Of a DNA stretch of 64,000 bases, positions 62,696-64,000 are shown piece after piece; the stretch's first letter is position 1, and the number at the start of each line of letters is the position of its first letter. The notes beneath the pieces are model-generated. The model made no database searches and was not told where the DNA came from. It saw only the letters and a list, made by a program, of their open reading frames with translations. The position numbers and the translations under genes were made by a program. The stretch comes from Pseudomonadota bacterium (GTDB taxonomy: Bacteria > Pseudomonadota > Gammaproteobacteria > JAKAQQ01): positions 130,546 through 194,545 of the forward strand of contig DAHWSH010000011.1 of assembly GCA_027338645.1 (NCBI GenBank), read 5' to 3'.

Positions 62696-64000
62696 CTAGT
62701 AAATTTCAGTCCAGTAGATCTCGTCGGGGTTGGCCCGATAAATCCCGAAATTGAGGGTACCCGAGGGAGGCTGGTTATCCTGCCCCGTGCCGTTCCAGTC
62801 GTATTCGAGCCAGGTCGGGATTGTTCCGGTGGTAAGGATAAGGGGACCCGTTGCATTGGGGGCTTTGAACCAGAGGTTGAAATTGCCGCCCTGGGGCGGC
62901 TCGTTGAAGTTTTCACCCGTCTTGCCGCTGCCGCACGATAGTCCACTCTGGTTCCTGGTCTCCCAGACGCAGGTGTCGGACGGGGTCACGGGACCCCCAG
63001 GAGTCGGCTCCGAGAGAGCAAGTGTGATTCCCGTGGTGCAGTTATCGTCAGTGGCCGCAACCCATCCGGTCGAGGGCCCGAGGTAGTATTCCGTCGTCAT
63101 GGGATCGTTGAGATCCAACTCCTCGGAACCGTAGGCATTTGGAATAATCAACCGGCCTTGGCGGATGGTTGAAGCATCTCCCGTTGCAAAACCGATCGTG
63201 AAGGTAAATGGATTCTGGGGATAGGCGATCCCGTCCGTATCAATGACCGGAAAGCTGACTGTAATGTCCGACTGGAAAGGGCTGGCCACGGGCGCGGGTT
63301 TGGAGCCGTTGTCTGGTTGGGTGTAGGACAGGGGGCCCGAGAAGGTGGTGGTCACCGACCCTGGTGCCGTGTTTGTGGTGGTGACCGGCGAATAGCCCGC
63401 AACCGTACTGTCCACCGTGACACCCAAGGTGGAAGGCGCGTTGGGATCGGAGTATCTGGGGGTGATCGCGGGAAGCTTCCACCAGTCCGCGCCGGTTCCG
63501 TAGTTGGAATAATTCTGGGTTGTCGCACCTTGCGCATTGACCGCGGTGATGGTCACCACGGGAGGGGTCGCATAGTTTAGGGGCTGGCCCAGGTAGCTAA
63601 AGTTGGCCCCACAGCTCGAATCGAAGGTCGGCTGATTCACGCTGACGTCGAAGTGGTCTGGGGTGAAACGGCCGACGTAACTGCTATTGGGTAGGGATCC
63701 CGTGTAGTAGCTAAAGCCGGTTGCATCCACCCCGGGGGTGTTGAGATAGTTGGTTGCTGTTGCCTCCAGGGTGACGCTACCCACCTCGCTGTACTCTAAG
63801 TCGTTGATGGTGCCGCTTCCTCCCGTGACGTTCAGGGAACCATTGCTGATGCTTCCCAAAACCCCCTGGGTGGGTAAAAAGGGCGAGACAGCCGAGATCG
63901 AGACGGGCCACGAGAAATGGCCAAGAATCAGGCTGGATGCGGTGTCTATAGCAATCCCTGATCCCGTGGGTGCAGAACAATTGGGCGCATTGCAGGTATC
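62696..64000 (-). CDS. Large secreted/surface protein, C-terminal part (N-terminus beyond window end)
   Basis: The reading frame stays open on the minus strand from 62696 to the last base of the window (manual translation of 63860..64000 gives ...DPANAPNCSAPTGSGIAIDTASSLILGHFSWPVSISAVSPFLPTQGVLGSISNG...). Rich in G/T/S/N/Y and beta-rich, adhesin-like. Confidence 0.5.
   Translation of the reverse strand, partial: DTCNAPNCSAPTGSGIAIDTASSLILGHFSWPVSISAVSPFLPTQGVLGSISNGSLNVTGGSGTINDLEYSEVGSVTLEATATNYLNTPGVDATGFSYYTGSLPNSSYVGRFTPDHFDVSVNQPTFDSSCGANFSYLGQPLNYATPPVVTITAVNAQGATTQNYSNYGTGADWWKLPAITPRYSDPNAPSTLGVTVDSTVAGYSPVTTTNTAPGSVTTTFSGPLSYTQPDNGSKPAPVASPFQSDITVSFPVIDTDGIAYPQNPFTFTIGFATGDASTIRQGRLIIPNAYGSEELDLNDPMTTEYYLGPSTGWVAATDDNCTTGITLALSEPTPGGPVTPSDTCVWETRNQSGLSCGSGKTGENFNEPPQGGNFNLWFKAPNATGPLILTTGTIPTWLEYDWNGTGQDNQPPSGTLNFGIYRANPDEIYWTEIY

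Overview
Circa 64 kb of a high-GC (about 58-60%) proteobacterial chromosome spanning the replication-origin neighbourhood; almost all of it is conserved housekeeping genes. Left of about 44.8 kb genes run on the minus strand; right of it on the plus strand. Left to right: tsaD (partial), the rpsU-yqeY-dnaG-rpoD macromolecular-synthesis operon, alkB, an outer-membrane porin, kdpFABC (no kdpDE nearby), a roughly 1.5 kb low-GC islet immediately downstream of glmS carrying an AbiEii/DUF1814-like nucleotidyltransferase gene, glmS-glmU, the full F1Fo ATP synthase operon atpIBEFHAGDC, parB-parA, rsmG, ppsA, an Omp85-superfamily transporter, two hypotheticals, a tightly packed mnmG-gpx-MBL-acuI-prpBCD operon, an LTXXQ periplasmic protein, mnmE-yidC-yidD-rnpA-rpmH, then dnaA-dnaN-recF-gyrB, plsC-gmhB-glyS-glyQ, glnA, a beta-carbonic anhydrase, DUF2459 and DUF4124 genes, ntrB-ntrC, an alpha/beta hydrolase and the 3' part of a large surface protein running off the window. 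No rRNA, tRNA or CRISPR array is visible. The strongest candidates for something new are the foreign islet at the attTn7-equivalent position with an unpartnered AbiEii-like gene, an orphan TpsB-like transporter, and a kdp leader carrying two perfect palindromes; none can be confirmed without database and structure searches.
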